Of a stretch of DNA of 33,786 nt, positions 1 through 10,474 are shown one piece after another. Each line of letters opens with the position of its first letter. Positions within the stretch are counted from its first letter, which is position 1. The position numbers and the translations under genes are program-made. Source of the DNA: a virus. The stretch lies in the IMG/VR virus record IMGVR_UViG_3300021400_000081, positions 1 to 33,786 of that record; one strand, 5' to 3'. The notes below the pieces were generated by a model that searched no databases, was not told the origin of the DNA, and saw nothing but the letters and a program-made list of their open reading frames with translations.

Positions 1-107
1 TGACAATTAACGGAACAGGCACTGCAAGTGCATAGAAACTCTATAAGGAGTTAGGGGTTTTACTCCTAATTCCTATTTTTTTACAAGAAAGGAGTTGAGA
101 AAATGAA
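1..107. repeat. Terminal direct repeat copy 1 (circularisation overlap), identical to 33680..33786
   Basis: Bases 1-107 (tgacaattaacgg...gttgagaaaatgaa) recur exactly at the end of the window. The repeat covers the last 35 nt of the major tail gene, the intergenic terminator and the first 5 nt of the tape-measure ORF. Confidence 0.95.
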
Positions 108-1794
108 TCAAGCTAATGGTGGAAATGTAATATTTCACTTTAAAGGTAATACCGATGATATGGAAAAGAAAAGTCATCATTTAGGACAAATCTTTAAAGA
201 CACAGGAGTATTGCTAGGTAAAACAATGATAGCAGGAACTTTAGTAGCAACTGCGGCTATTTCAAAGTTTGTAAAAGATGCTAGTCAGTCTTTCGCCGAA
301 TTTGAACAATTACAGGGTGGACTTGAAGCAATGTTTGATGGAAATGCCGAAGCAATAGAAAGAATTACACAAACTAGTCAAAATGCTTATAAAGACTTAC
401 AAATGAGTCAAAACCAATATTTGCAGTCTTTCGAAAGTTCTTATGCAATTGTTAAAAATGGTTTAAGTGATGAAGCAGATGCTATTGAATATACAAATAA
501 AGTTCTACAATTATCAAGTGATTTATTTAATACTTATGGTGGTAGCACTGAACAATATTCAAATGCAATTAATTGGGCTTTAAAGGGAACTTTCTCATAT
601 TTAGATAACTTAAATCTAGGTATTAAAGGAACTCAAGAAGGTTTTGTTGAAGCTGCTAATGCAAGTGGAGTATTAGGTAGAGAAATTCAAAATGTAAGTG
701 AACTAACAAATGATGAAATAGTAGATGTTATCCAACATTATGCCGAAGAAACAGGTGCTTGGGGAAGGTCTACTGCAGAAGCAAGTAAAACTATAGCAGG
801 ATCACTTAATATGACAAAAGCAAGTTGGAGTGATTTAGTAAATGAATTTGGTAAAGAAAATGGAGATGTAGAAGGTGCTTTTGATAGATTTATGGAATCT
901 GCCGAAGCATTTGGTTCTAATCTAATGCCTTTACTGGAAAGAATACTAAATAATATAGTAAGTCATTTACCTGGAATAGTAGAAAAACTTGCTCAAGCAC
1001 TACCAGGTCTATTACAAACATTAGTACCTACTCTAGTTCAAGCAAGTGTAGATGTATTAAAAGCATTGGTAGAAGCACTACCAGATATATTAAAAGTATT
1101 AGTAGAAATGCTACCAGCAATAATAAGCACTTTAATAAAAGGTCTAGGAGAAATAGTAATTGCTTTAGCTGATGCACTACCAGACTTAATACCAACAATA
1201 GTAGAAGCTATATTAGAATTAATACCTGTACTATTAGAGAACTTACCACTATTCATTGAAGCAGGTATAAAATTATTAATCGGTTTAGGAGTTGGAATTA
1301 TAAAAGCTATTCCAAAACTAATTGCCGAAATTCCAAAGATATGGAGTGCATTAAAAAAAGCATTTGGAGAAATGCCAGGTAAAATGCTATCAATAGGTAG
1401 TGATTTACTTAAAGGTTTATGGAACGGAATTAAAAATGCAAAAGACTGGGTAATAGATAAGATTAAAGGTATAGGAAAATCAGTATTAAATGCAGTTAAG
1501 GGTATTTTTGGAGTACACTCACCTTCTACTGAATTTGCTTTTATCGGTAAGATGAATATGACAGGTTTAAAAGAAGGTATGGAAAATATGCAACCTGAAA
1601 TACAAAAGACAATTGATAGTATGTTTGATTTAAGTCCAACTTTAACAGGTTCAATGGATAATACATTAAGTCCAAACATAATAGTAAATAATGAAATGAA
1701 TTTACATACTGATCCATTAGGACAAACAGTTGGACAAATAAAGACTTTTGCTAATGGTTCTAAAAATGATTATAACTATGGGATGGGAGTGTAA
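103..1794 (+). CDS. Tail tape measure protein
   Basis: 563 aa, directly downstream of the major tail gene once the circle is closed. SD aaaggag lies upstream. It has a tape-measure-like N-terminal region and a long central run of amphipathic LPxL/IxxL repeats. The long antisense ORF 1038..1679 is an artefact of that repeat. Confidence 0.85.
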   Translation: MNQANGGNVIFHFKGNTDDMEKKSHHLGQIFKDTGVLLGKTMIAGTLVATAAISKFVKDASQSFAEFEQLQGGLEAMFDGNAEAIERITQTSQNAYKDLQMSQNQYLQSFESSYAIVKNGLSDEADAIEYTNKVLQLSSDLFNTYGGSTEQYSNAINWALKGTFSYLDNLNLGIKGTQEGFVEAANASGVLGREIQNVSELTNDEIVDVIQHYAEETGAWGRSTAEASKTIAGSLNMTKASWSDLVNEFGKENGDVEGAFDRFMESAEAFGSNLMPLLERILNNIVSHLPGIVEKLAQALPGLLQTLVPTLVQASVDVLKALVEALPDILKVLVEMLPAIISTLIKGLGEIVIALADALPDLIPTIVEAILELIPVLLENLPLFIEAGIKLLIGLGVGIIKAIPKLIAEIPKIWSALKKAFGEMPGKMLSIGSDLLKGLWNGIKNAKDWVIDKIKGIGKSVLNAVKGIFGVHSPSTEFAFIGKMNMTGLKEGMENMQPEIQKTIDSMFDLSPTLTGSMDNTLSPNIIVNNEMNLHTDPLGQTVGQIKTFANGSKNDYNYGMGV

Positions 1795-1796
1795 GT

Positions 1797-3272
1797 ATGA
1801 CAATAACAATAGATGGTATTGAAGTATTATGTGGAGATAACTTTACAATAAGTCAAGAAATGCTTAACACTCCTTCTGTTATTTTAAATAACGTATATCC
1901 AAAGAGTTGGGAAACTGATAAAGACTATACAAGTAGTTTCTATCATCCAGCTGATTATTCACAATGTTTAATAAGAGATGAGAATAATAACTTATTATTT
2001 TGTGGAGTTGTTAAGAATTCTGGAGATATAAGTCTAAACCCTAGACATCCACACTACTCTACTCTACAAATACTAGATTATAAGACATTTTTAAGTGAAG
2101 GAGAATCATTAGACTTTGTTATAGCAAATAAGACTATTTTAGAAGCATTACAGGACATTATTGAAGTAATTAGTCCATATGGTTTCGAACTAGGAAACGT
2201 GTCTATAATTGGAGAAAATGAAGTAATAGGAGCATACTCAACAAAAGATAAAACTGCTTATGATGTATTTAACTACATAGCTGATATAACACAGTCAAGA
2301 TGGACTACAAGAGTTTTAGGGGTTGGTAGAGTTGCAATAGATTTCTATGATCCTTCTTTAATGCCACAGGGAACTCAAATTAATTATAATAATACCTGGT
2401 TTACTAATAACAAAATAATTGATATGAGTTATAACTATGGAACTTGGGACTATAGAAATAAGCAAGTAATGACATCTCAAGAAGTATATGGAAACATAAT
2501 ACAAAACCAAACAATTGCTTATGATGGATATGCTACTCAACTATTAACTGAATATCCAATAGGAACAATAACAAGTATCACAATAGATGGTGTAGAAAAG
2601 AGTTTTGCTACTAATGATGAAAAAGATTTAGGAATATTTGCGGATTTCTACTACACAATAAATAACAATTTCTTTGAAAAGAACACTAATATAGGAAGGG
2701 GAAATGTAATCAATATTTCTTATTACCCTATAGTAGAAGGTAGACAAATAATAAACAATTCAGTTGAAATAAGTAGAGTTGCAACAAGTACAGGAGTAAA
2801 AGGAGTAATAGCAAGATATGAAAATAGAAACGATGCTACTACTTCAAATGAACTACAAAAGATAGGACAAAGTTATATCAAATATAAAGGTGTACCTGAA
2901 ATCAAACTAACAATTAAGAGTGAATCAAATATCTGGAACATAGGACAAAGAGTACAATTTAATGCTCCTATAGATGAATTAGATACTGAATATATGGTAA
3001 AAAGAAAAGACATTAACTATTTAGTAAATGCAGATAAAATCTTTTATACATATGAATTGACATCAAGTTTTAATAGTGAAAGTGCAATAAACTACTTTGA
3101 TAACCAAAGAGCTAAAGCAAATGGAAATATAAAGGAAGGACAAAGTGTTTCAAGAAATGTAGATATAGAAGAAATAGCAAATATAATTTTCTATGATACA
3201 ACTACAACTGAATTAAGCATAACACCAAACAATGAACTACAAAGTAGTCTTGAAACAATATTAGGTGGATAG
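1797..3272 (+). CDS. Tail component in the distal-tail-protein (Dit) position
   Basis: 491 aa, starting 3 nt after the tape-measure stop with SD gggagtg. Called from the conserved siphovirus TMP-Dit-Tal gene order only; no motif recognised. Confidence 0.5.
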   Translation: MTITIDGIEVLCGDNFTISQEMLNTPSVILNNVYPKSWETDKDYTSSFYHPADYSQCLIRDENNNLLFCGVVKNSGDISLNPRHPHYSTLQILDYKTFLSEGESLDFVIANKTILEALQDIIEVISPYGFELGNVSIIGENEVIGAYSTKDKTAYDVFNYIADITQSRWTTRVLGVGRVAIDFYDPSLMPQGTQINYNNTWFTNNKIIDMSYNYGTWDYRNKQVMTSQEVYGNIIQNQTIAYDGYATQLLTEYPIGTITSITIDGVEKSFATNDEKDLGIFADFYYTINNNFFEKNTNIGRGNVINISYYPIVEGRQIINNSVEISRVATSTGVKGVIARYENRNDATTSNELQKIGQSYIKYKGVPEIKLTIKSESNIWNIGQRVQFNAPIDELDTEYMVKRKDINYLVNADKIFYTYELTSSFNSESAINYFDNQRAKANGNIKEGQSVSRNVDIEEIANIIFYDTTTTELSITPNNELQSSLETILGG

Positions 3273-3273
3273 T

Positions 3274-5217
3274 ATGACTCAAGAATTAAAAGAAGATATA
3301 TTAAACTATATAACTAATAACATAACTCCAACTGATAAAGATGATACTCAAATATTAGAGAAAGTAGAACAACGTATAAAGCAACAATATAATGAACTTT
3401 TACCAGAATACTGGCAAGATTTAAGAATAACGGGAATTATAAAATCATCAACAAATGGCAATTATATCTTATATGGTGGTTATATTGTAAAAAATGGGGA
3501 ATATATAGAAAGTGATTCTAGGGGTTTAATTCTAATATTAGATGCTTATTTAAACCCAATTAAATCAATATATAAGTTTTCTTCAGGAACACTATTAAGA
3601 CCTATCCAAAAAATGATACAAGTTGAAGATGGAACATTTGTAGCAGTAGATAGCACAATATTTACACGAAAAGAAGATAGAAGGCAAATACAAACTAATA
3701 CCAAGAGATTTATTATGTTAAATAATATCTCAATAAAAGATACAACAAATGATTATAGAGTAATATTAAGAACATCTTATAATATACCCTACTCTAACTT
3801 TTATTGTATAGATATGTTAAAAAACCCTAATTCTGCTCATTATGTTATGGCAGGAGCTATGTATATACCATATAATTCCAATATTCACTTACATAGTGTA
3901 AGAGTAATAGAATTAAAGGTAAATGTAGGAGAAGCAAATGAGTGGACTGAAAAGACTGCACCTACAAACAGATCGTGGATATATGGTGGTTTTTATGGAG
4001 AATTTGATAACGATGATATTTTAACTTGGAAAGCTATTATGACATATAACGAAAACCACCAAGTAGCATTATATAGCTGGGATGGAACTAATTTAAAAAC
4101 TATATTAAATCATTCAAATACATTAGAACCTTATGTAGACTCTCTATCAATGAATAACCAAGCTCAATTTATAAATAGAGATGAATTATATTTTGTAGTC
4201 AATAATCAAAGATGGGGAAGTTCAACTCAACCACGTTATATAGGTTTATATAAATATGATTATAGAACTGCACAAGTAAAAGAAATTTTTTATAAATACA
4301 TAGGAGATTATGATAATCTTACATCAAGAGAAGGAATATTTATAACAAGTTTAAATGGCAACTTATATATAAATTATAATGATAACTATAACTATACTAA
4401 TAAAACAGCTAATTATAGTTATCAAAGACTTGTAAATGATACTTGGAGTCCAATATTATTATATGAAAATGTTTTATATAGTATGGAACGTGAGTTAAGT
4501 TTTACGGATAATACTTATAACTTAATATCAAATATTGAAATTAATTCAAATCTAAATGCTACTTATTGGAATTTTATAACAACAAAAGAGATTTATAATA
4601 ATACTAACTATAATGGTTTACCATATACCGACTATAATTCAATGATAGCAGATACAGGGTTGCTATATGGAGAAGATGGAATATTATTTGCAAGAGATAT
4701 ATATAATAATACAATGATAGAAGGAACAACCACTTCAACACTACAAGTACCCAACACTTTATTAAATGATGTCGATATAACTCAAAAGAAACTATTAGGA
4801 GAAACAAATACAGTTCTAATAAACGATACCAGAACAATAACAAAGAATATATATGAAACATTATATATAAATTTTATAAGGAGTTTAGCAGTAAAGGATG
4901 AAGATACAAATACTTATTACCCTACTACTGCAACTTATATAAATCAAAATATAAATACAGGTACAAAACAAAATTGTGAAATGTCTTTTGTAGGAAAAGT
5001 ACGAATCAATTATCAAGATAGTACATTAATGCAAACACTAGAGTGGACTTTTAACGTAGATCATTATGAAACAAGTTTTGTAATAGATACTCACGATGAA
5101 ATACCAACATCAATAGACTTTATGAGTAATGATGAAACGACAATATATATAACAAAGAACTTAACTTTACAAAGTAATAAATACTACAAAGTAAATCAAA
5201 AGTTAAGGATAGAATAA
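3274..5217 (+). CDS. Tail-associated/baseplate protein in the Tal position
   Basis: The ORF-track start 3265 is a GTG with no SD. ATG 3274 lies 4 nt after aggtgga. The product is 647 aa and N/Y-rich. Function is positional only. Confidence 0.5.
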   Translation: MTQELKEDILNYITNNITPTDKDDTQILEKVEQRIKQQYNELLPEYWQDLRITGIIKSSTNGNYILYGGYIVKNGEYIESDSRGLILILDAYLNPIKSIYKFSSGTLLRPIQKMIQVEDGTFVAVDSTIFTRKEDRRQIQTNTKRFIMLNNISIKDTTNDYRVILRTSYNIPYSNFYCIDMLKNPNSAHYVMAGAMYIPYNSNIHLHSVRVIELKVNVGEANEWTEKTAPTNRSWIYGGFYGEFDNDDILTWKAIMTYNENHQVALYSWDGTNLKTILNHSNTLEPYVDSLSMNNQAQFINRDELYFVVNNQRWGSSTQPRYIGLYKYDYRTAQVKEIFYKYIGDYDNLTSREGIFITSLNGNLYINYNDNYNYTNKTANYSYQRLVNDTWSPILLYENVLYSMERELSFTDNTYNLISNIEINSNLNATYWNFITTKEIYNNTNYNGLPYTDYNSMIADTGLLYGEDGILFARDIYNNTMIEGTTTSTLQVPNTLLNDVDITQKKLLGETNTVLINDTRTITKNIYETLYINFIRSLAVKDEDTNTYYPTTATYINQNINTGTKQNCEMSFVGKVRINYQDSTLMQTLEWTFNVDHYETSFVIDTHDEIPTSIDFMSNDETTIYITKNLTLQSNKYYKVNQKLRIE

Positions 5218-5230
5218 AGGAGATGATTAT

Positions 5231-5755
5231 ATGGCAATAGCTGAAATATCTTTTAGTGATAAAAGTGATATTAATACAACATCTACACCAGAAGTAAATA
5301 AAATAACTGCTTCAAACTTAAACGAAATCAAATCAGTAGTAAATACTAATGCTAATTTAATGGGAGATTTAGAAACCTTAACAACAAGTGATAAAAGTTC
5401 AGTAGTAAATGCTATCAATAGTAAGATAACATCTTATAACATAGTAGCAGGTACTCCAGTAAAGACAGGTAAACAAATAGAAGGATATGATGAATATGTA
5501 GTAAGAGTAAATCTAGGAAGTTTACCAAACAATGCAAGTAAAGATTATTCTTTAGGTTTTTCAATAAACCAATTAATAAATGTAGAAGGTAGTTCAGTAA
5601 GAGCAAGTGATGGCAATATATTCCCACTACCATTTGTATCTACTGAACCAAGTGCAAATATAACAGTTTTAATGTTTAACACAAGTACATTAAGAATAAC
5701 TACAGGAAGTGATAGAAGCAATTTAACTGGGTACTTGAATATTTACTATATATAG
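5231..5755 (+). CDS. Tail/baseplate structural protein (hypothetical)
   Basis: 174 aa with SD aaaggag, lying inside the tail module. No motif recognised. Confidence 0.4.
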   Translation: MAIAEISFSDKSDINTTSTPEVNKITASNLNEIKSVVNTNANLMGDLETLTTSDKSSVVNAINSKITSYNIVAGTPVKTGKQIEGYDEYVVRVNLGSLPNNASKDYSLGFSINQLINVEGSSVRASDGNIFPLPFVSTEPSANITVLMFNTSTLRITTGSDRSNLTGYLNIYYI

Positions 5756-5770
5756 AAAGGAGTTGATTAG

Positions 5771-6904
5771 ATGAATATTAAAGTAAATTCTCATACATTA
5801 GAGATAGAACAAAACATAGATATAAATGCAGGAGAATATAATATAACAACTTTAAACTTTGAATTCAGTGAAGAATACGAAGGACTAACAAAAATGGCAG
5901 TATTTTCAAATTGTGAAACAATATTAAAGACTGCTATATTAGATAATCAATGTACAATACCATTTGAAGTATTAGAAGAACCTGGACAAGTTCTATTAGG
6001 AGTATATGGTTATGAAGGAGAAGGAGAAGAATTAGAATTAAGATATTCTCCAGAACCACAATACTTTAATGTAAAATATGGTTCTTATCAAAATGGTGGA
6101 GAACCTGAAATACCACCAAAAAGTGAGTGGGAACAATTAGTAGAAGAAATAAATGAAGCAATAACTGAAACAAATAATCTAAATATATCAGCTACAAAAG
6201 AGAATCATACTACTACAATAACTATTACTCATAAAGATGGAACTGAACAAGAAGTAGAAATACTAGATGGAGAAAAAGGAGAAAAAGGAGATAAGGGTGA
6301 TCCAGGAGCAGTACATATGATAGTAGTACAAACCCTACCTACTCACGATATAGATGAAAGTGCTATCTATCTAGTACCATTAGAAAACCCTACTGAAGAA
6401 GGCAACAATTATGCCGAATATGTGTATATCAATAATCAATGGGAACTACTAGGAAAAATAGGAGTACAAGTTGACTTAACTGATTATGTTAAATTTACTG
6501 ATTATGCAAGTGATAGTACAAGTGGAGTAATAAAAGCAGGAAATGGTTTAGGAGTGCTTACTAATAGTGGTTATATCTATGGAAAAGCATACACTTATGC
6601 TCAATATCAAACAATGCCTACAACTAATGTAATATCTAAAGCAACTTTGGATAATGTAATCACTGGTAAAGGTTTAGTAAGTAATACTGACTATGCTACA
6701 AGACAAGTTGGTGGTGTTGTTAAATATGGAAATTACTTAACATTGGATAATGGTACTACTTTTGCAGAAACTTTAACTAATGCACAATATCAAAGTGCAG
6801 GTAATGGTTCATTTATAAGTAAAGGTACTTTGAATAATGTGTTAGATGCACGTATAGGAGATATTAATTCAGTATTAGATGCTATTAATGGAGAAAATAT
6901 ATGA
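5771..6904 (+). CDS. Tail fibre / baseplate-upper-protein-like protein with a collagen-like stretch
   Basis: Has a G-X-Y run GEKGEKGDKGDPG in the middle. The N-terminus resembles BppU-type baseplate proteins. The C-terminal half repeats SK(A/G)TL(D/N)NV and G(V)(I/V)K.GN.L fibre motifs. Confidence 0.65.
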   Translation: MNIKVNSHTLEIEQNIDINAGEYNITTLNFEFSEEYEGLTKMAVFSNCETILKTAILDNQCTIPFEVLEEPGQVLLGVYGYEGEGEELELRYSPEPQYFNVKYGSYQNGGEPEIPPKSEWEQLVEEINEAITETNNLNISATKENHTTTITITHKDGTEQEVEILDGEKGEKGDKGDPGAVHMIVVQTLPTHDIDESAIYLVPLENPTEEGNNYAEYVYINNQWELLGKIGVQVDLTDYVKFTDYASDSTSGVIKAGNGLGVLTNSGYIYGKAYTYAQYQTMPTTNVISKATLDNVITGKGLVSNTDYATRQVGGVVKYGNYLTLDNGTTFAETLTNAQYQSAGNGSFISKGTLNNVLDARIGDINSVLDAINGENI

Positions 6905-7425
6905 TTTGGAAAACATTAAAAGATAACTCTCGTTATTCTGTAAGTGATGCAGGAGTAGTCAAGAGAAATGCTTATAAGAGAGTTGATAAATTAGGAAGAA
7001 CTACTCAAATGAAAGAAATGATATTAAAAAATCAAATAGATAAAGATGGTTATTATAGAGTATCAATAATATATAAAGGTAAGCAAAAATTTATTCCAAT
7101 TCATAGATTAGTAGCAAAAACATTTATTGACAATGAAAATAATCTACCCTGTATAAATCACAAAGATGAAAATAAATTAAATAATTGTGTAGATAATTTA
7201 GAGTGGTGTGATGTTTCATATAATAATAACTATGGTTTAAGACAACAAAGAGTAAGCAAAACACTAGGAAAAAAAGTAATTGGTTCAAAAGGTAATAGAA
7301 CTTTATTGTTTAATTCTGCAAATGAAGCAGAAAGATACTTTACAGGAAAAAAAGGTTCTAATATATCTAAATGTGCTAATGGAAAACTAGAAACTGCTTA
7401 TGGTTATAAATGGGGGTGGGCATAA
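6901..7425 (+). CDS. Free-standing HNH homing endonuclease (NUMOD4 + HNH_3 type)
   Basis: The N-terminus WKTLKDNSRYSVSDAGVVKR is NUMOD4-like. HRLVAKTFIDNENNLPCINHKDENKLNNCVDNLEWC is a classic HNH_3 motif. It overlaps both flanking fibre genes (ATGA at 6901, TAATG at 7425). Confidence 0.8.
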   Translation: MIWKTLKDNSRYSVSDAGVVKRNAYKRVDKLGRTTQMKEMILKNQIDKDGYYRVSIIYKGKQKFIPIHRLVAKTFIDNENNLPCINHKDENKLNNCVDNLEWCDVSYNNNYGLRQQRVSKTLGKKVIGSKGNRTLLFNSANEAERYFTGKKGSNISKCANGKLETAYGYKWGWA

Positions 7426-9686
7426 TGGGAACTACTGCAGAAAAATTAACTTATCTTAATGAAACAAAAACACAATTAAAAGATATGCTTAATTTAGGTG
7501 GTGCAAGTTTAACAACTGAACCATTTAGACAATATGTAGATACATTAAAAAATAGATACCTTTACTTTATGAATAATGGAACACAACAAGTATGGGATAA
7601 TTGGGAAAAAGTATCAGGAGAAGGTACTGAAATAACCCTAAATAATACCGAAGAAGCACCAATGAGTTTAGTATATAAAGGAAATACTTATCAAGATAGT
7701 ACAACAGGGACTAACCTCTTATACTACCCTTATGTTGACACGCCAAATAGTCCAAAAACTGTGGCAGGAGTAACTTGGACTGATAACGGAGATGGAAGTA
7801 TTACTGCAAGAGGAACTGCCACAGGTTATTCGGATTTCGTTTTGACAAATGCTACTAAAAAATTATATGTACAACCGAATACAACATATAGATTAAGTGG
7901 AATACCAAGTAGTGCTTATTTAGTATATGATTGTTATGAATATGACACAAACAATACACAAATTGCTCAACATAATAATATTAGAAGCAGTTCTTTTACA
8001 ACAAACTCAAGTGCTTCGTGGCTACAAATTATTGCAAAGAGAAGCACTAATGCTAGTATAGACGCAACTATATACCCACAATTAGAATTAGGAAGCAGTC
8101 AAACTGAATGGGTAAGACCAACGGAAGGGCAAGGAAGTCCTAGTCCATCATACCCACAACCTATTCACGTAGTAAGTGGAGATAATACTATTAATGTATG
8201 TGGTAAGAATTTATTTAATGATTATTATTCAGGAGCAGAAGCAATATTAAGAGGAGTAACAAAAAAAGCAGGAGATAAATGCGTAATATTAAATGGTACT
8301 TATGACAAACAATACAATTTAGATTTATGGTTGACTAATTCAAACGGAAGTACAAAAGGAAATATGGTACTACTAAAAGCAAATACGCAATATTCAGTAT
8401 CAATAATATTAGAAGGTTCTTACTCTTTCGATTTTACAACTGCGTGGATAAGTTCAAGAACATTAGATAATACATTTTCTTGGAATTACAAAACTTTAGA
8501 GTATTCTAATGGAGTATTTAAAGGAACATTTACAATAGGCAATACAGATATATATGTTGGTGGTATTAGATTTCCTATTTCAACTACTTATAATGCTACT
8601 TTTACAAACACAAAAGTATATATTCAAATAGAGAAAAATAGTGAACCAACAACATATGAACCCTATACAGGAGAAAGTTATCCTATTAGTTTATCTAGTA
8701 ATTTACTATACAATGTATCATTGCCTAAATATCAAGCAGGAGTAATAGCAGATTATATTAATGGTATTTTTAAATTAAGTGGTACTTCAACAAATGCTTC
8801 AAATTTATATATAATTCCATATACATCATCATTAGTACATGTAGAAGCAGGAGAAAGTATTACATTTTATATAGAAAGAGTATCAGGAACATCAGTTGTT
8901 AAATTTATGACATATTTTTATCCAGATGATGGTACTTCACAAGATTATACTTGGGGAGTAACTTTAAATGCTAATACTTCTTCAAATAAGGTAGTTAAAA
9001 CTGCTACAAAATCAGGAACATTGAAAAATGTTCAATTCTTTATAGATAATTCAACTACATACGATAGTGAAGTAAAAATATTAGTAAAAAAAGGAAATAT
9101 AGAAAATCCAACTTGGGCAGAGTATATTACTCCAATAGAACTCTTAAAAATAGGAACATATCAAGATAGAATATTTAAGAATACACCAAATACAACTGAT
9201 TATGATAGTAATTTAGAAGATAATTTATGGTATTTAAAAAAGGAAATAGGTAAGGTTGTATTAGATGGTAGTGAGAGTTGGAGTTATAATTCTGGAAACC
9301 AAGTTTTTTACTTAGCAGATTATGTTAATTATTTGCAAACACAAGCATTTGTTCCATTTTCTAATTACTTTACAGGTAGAAACTCAATAACAGGATATGG
9401 TAGTTTAGTAAATAATCAAGTTTCCTTCCTATTAAGCACTAATAATAGAATTGTATTAAAAAATACAAACATTACGACAACTAGTGATTGGACTACTTGG
9501 TTATCTACTCATAACACAACAGTATATTATGTACTAGCAACACCAACATATACCCTAATAGAAGATAGTACCCTAATAGAAGAACTAGAGAGTATGAAGA
9601 AATCGAAAGAAGGACAAACAAACATTTCACAGGTAAACAACGATATGCCTTTCATATTAGACATTACTGCTTTAAGTAAGGAGTAA
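7425..9686 (+). CDS. Tail fibre / receptor-binding protein
   Basis: The track start 7410 lies inside the endonuclease gene. ATG 7425 overlaps its TAA and follows gggggtggg. The product is 753 aa, the last large gene of the tail module, with a fibre-like N-terminus MGTTAEKLTYLNETKTQLKD. Confidence 0.6.
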   Translation: MGTTAEKLTYLNETKTQLKDMLNLGGASLTTEPFRQYVDTLKNRYLYFMNNGTQQVWDNWEKVSGEGTEITLNNTEEAPMSLVYKGNTYQDSTTGTNLLYYPYVDTPNSPKTVAGVTWTDNGDGSITARGTATGYSDFVLTNATKKLYVQPNTTYRLSGIPSSAYLVYDCYEYDTNNTQIAQHNNIRSSSFTTNSSASWLQIIAKRSTNASIDATIYPQLELGSSQTEWVRPTEGQGSPSPSYPQPIHVVSGDNTINVCGKNLFNDYYSGAEAILRGVTKKAGDKCVILNGTYDKQYNLDLWLTNSNGSTKGNMVLLKANTQYSVSIILEGSYSFDFTTAWISSRTLDNTFSWNYKTLEYSNGVFKGTFTIGNTDIYVGGIRFPISTTYNATFTNTKVYIQIEKNSEPTTYEPYTGESYPISLSSNLLYNVSLPKYQAGVIADYINGIFKLSGTSTNASNLYIIPYTSSLVHVEAGESITFYIERVSGTSVVKFMTYFYPDDGTSQDYTWGVTLNANTSSNKVVKTATKSGTLKNVQFFIDNSTTYDSEVKILVKKGNIENPTWAEYITPIELLKIGTYQDRIFKNTPNTTDYDSNLEDNLWYLKKEIGKVVLDGSESWSYNSGNQVFYLADYVNYLQTQAFVPFSNYFTGRNSITGYGSLVNNQVSFLLSTNNRIVLKNTNITTTSDWTTWLSTHNTTVYYVLATPTYTLIEDSTLIEELESMKKSKEGQTNISQVNNDMPFILDITALSKE

Positions 9687-9688
9687 AA

Positions 9689-10459
9689 ATGAAGGTTATA
9701 AAAAGGGAGTTGGGTAAGGACATTGAAAAACTTACCATTATTCCTATAAGTGATGTTCATATAGGAGATAAACAAGCTAATTTAAAAGCATTTAAAGACA
9801 CCATAGAACGTATTAAAAATGAACCTAATACTTACACTATTCTTAATGGAGATTTATGTAATATAGCACTTAAAAATAGTCGTAGTGATGTATATAGTGA
9901 AGATATGACACCTATGGAACAAGTATTAAAGGTTATAAATTTTCTTGAACCTATAAAAGACAAAATTTTAGTTATGAGTAATGGAAACCACGAAGATAGA
10001 ATAGCAAAAGAAACTAGTATAGATATTCTTTACTTAGTTGCTAAACAATTAAAAATTGAACAAGTCTATTCTCCTTCTTGGTGGTACTTATATTTAAGTT
10101 TTGGAGAATCATCAAAGAAAAGACCTACATTATACACTATTACTGGTTATCACGGTTCTGGTAGTTCTCAAACTACTGGAGCAAAAGCAAATCGTGTCAA
10201 GAAAATGAGTCAAGTAGTTTTAGCAGATGTTTATTTAATGAGCCACGTTCACGAACCTATTAATACTAAAGGAGTTATCTTTGTTCCAGATTATCAACAT
10301 AGATCAATAGTAAGAAAAGAAATGTATTATGCTATTTCAAATGCTTACGTTGAATATGAAGGTAGTTATGCCGAACGTATGGGTTTAACTCCAGGAAACA
10401 CAGGTACAAGTGAAATAGAATTAGATGGACATAAGAAGCTAGTAAAACTAACATTATAG
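9689..10459 (+). CDS. Calcineurin-like metallophosphoesterase
   Basis: All five metallophosphoesterase motifs occur in order: ISDVHIGD, NGDLCN, GNHEDR, GYHGSG, SHVHEP. Confidence 0.8.
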   Translation: MKVIKRELGKDIEKLTIIPISDVHIGDKQANLKAFKDTIERIKNEPNTYTILNGDLCNIALKNSRSDVYSEDMTPMEQVLKVINFLEPIKDKILVMSNGNHEDRIAKETSIDILYLVAKQLKIEQVYSPSWWYLYLSFGESSKKRPTLYTITGYHGSGSSQTTGAKANRVKKMSQVVLADVYLMSHVHEPINTKGVIFVPDYQHRSIVRKEMYYAISNAYVEYEGSYAERMGLTPGNTGTSEIELDGHKKLVKLTL

Positions 10460-10474
10460 AAAGGAAAATAAAAT

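Noticed and set aside
1038-1679. 213-aa antisense ORF inside the tape-measure gene
   Set aside because: It is the mirror image of the repetitive LPxL region in an AT-rich genome. It has no SD and runs opposite to a long co-directional operon.
6271-6310. Collagen-like GEKGEKGDKGDPG coding repeat as a possible DNA tandem repeat or phase-variation tract
   Set aside because: It has only four or five imperfect G-X-Y triplets, a normal feature of phage fibre proteins. The DNA is not a perfect tandem repeat.
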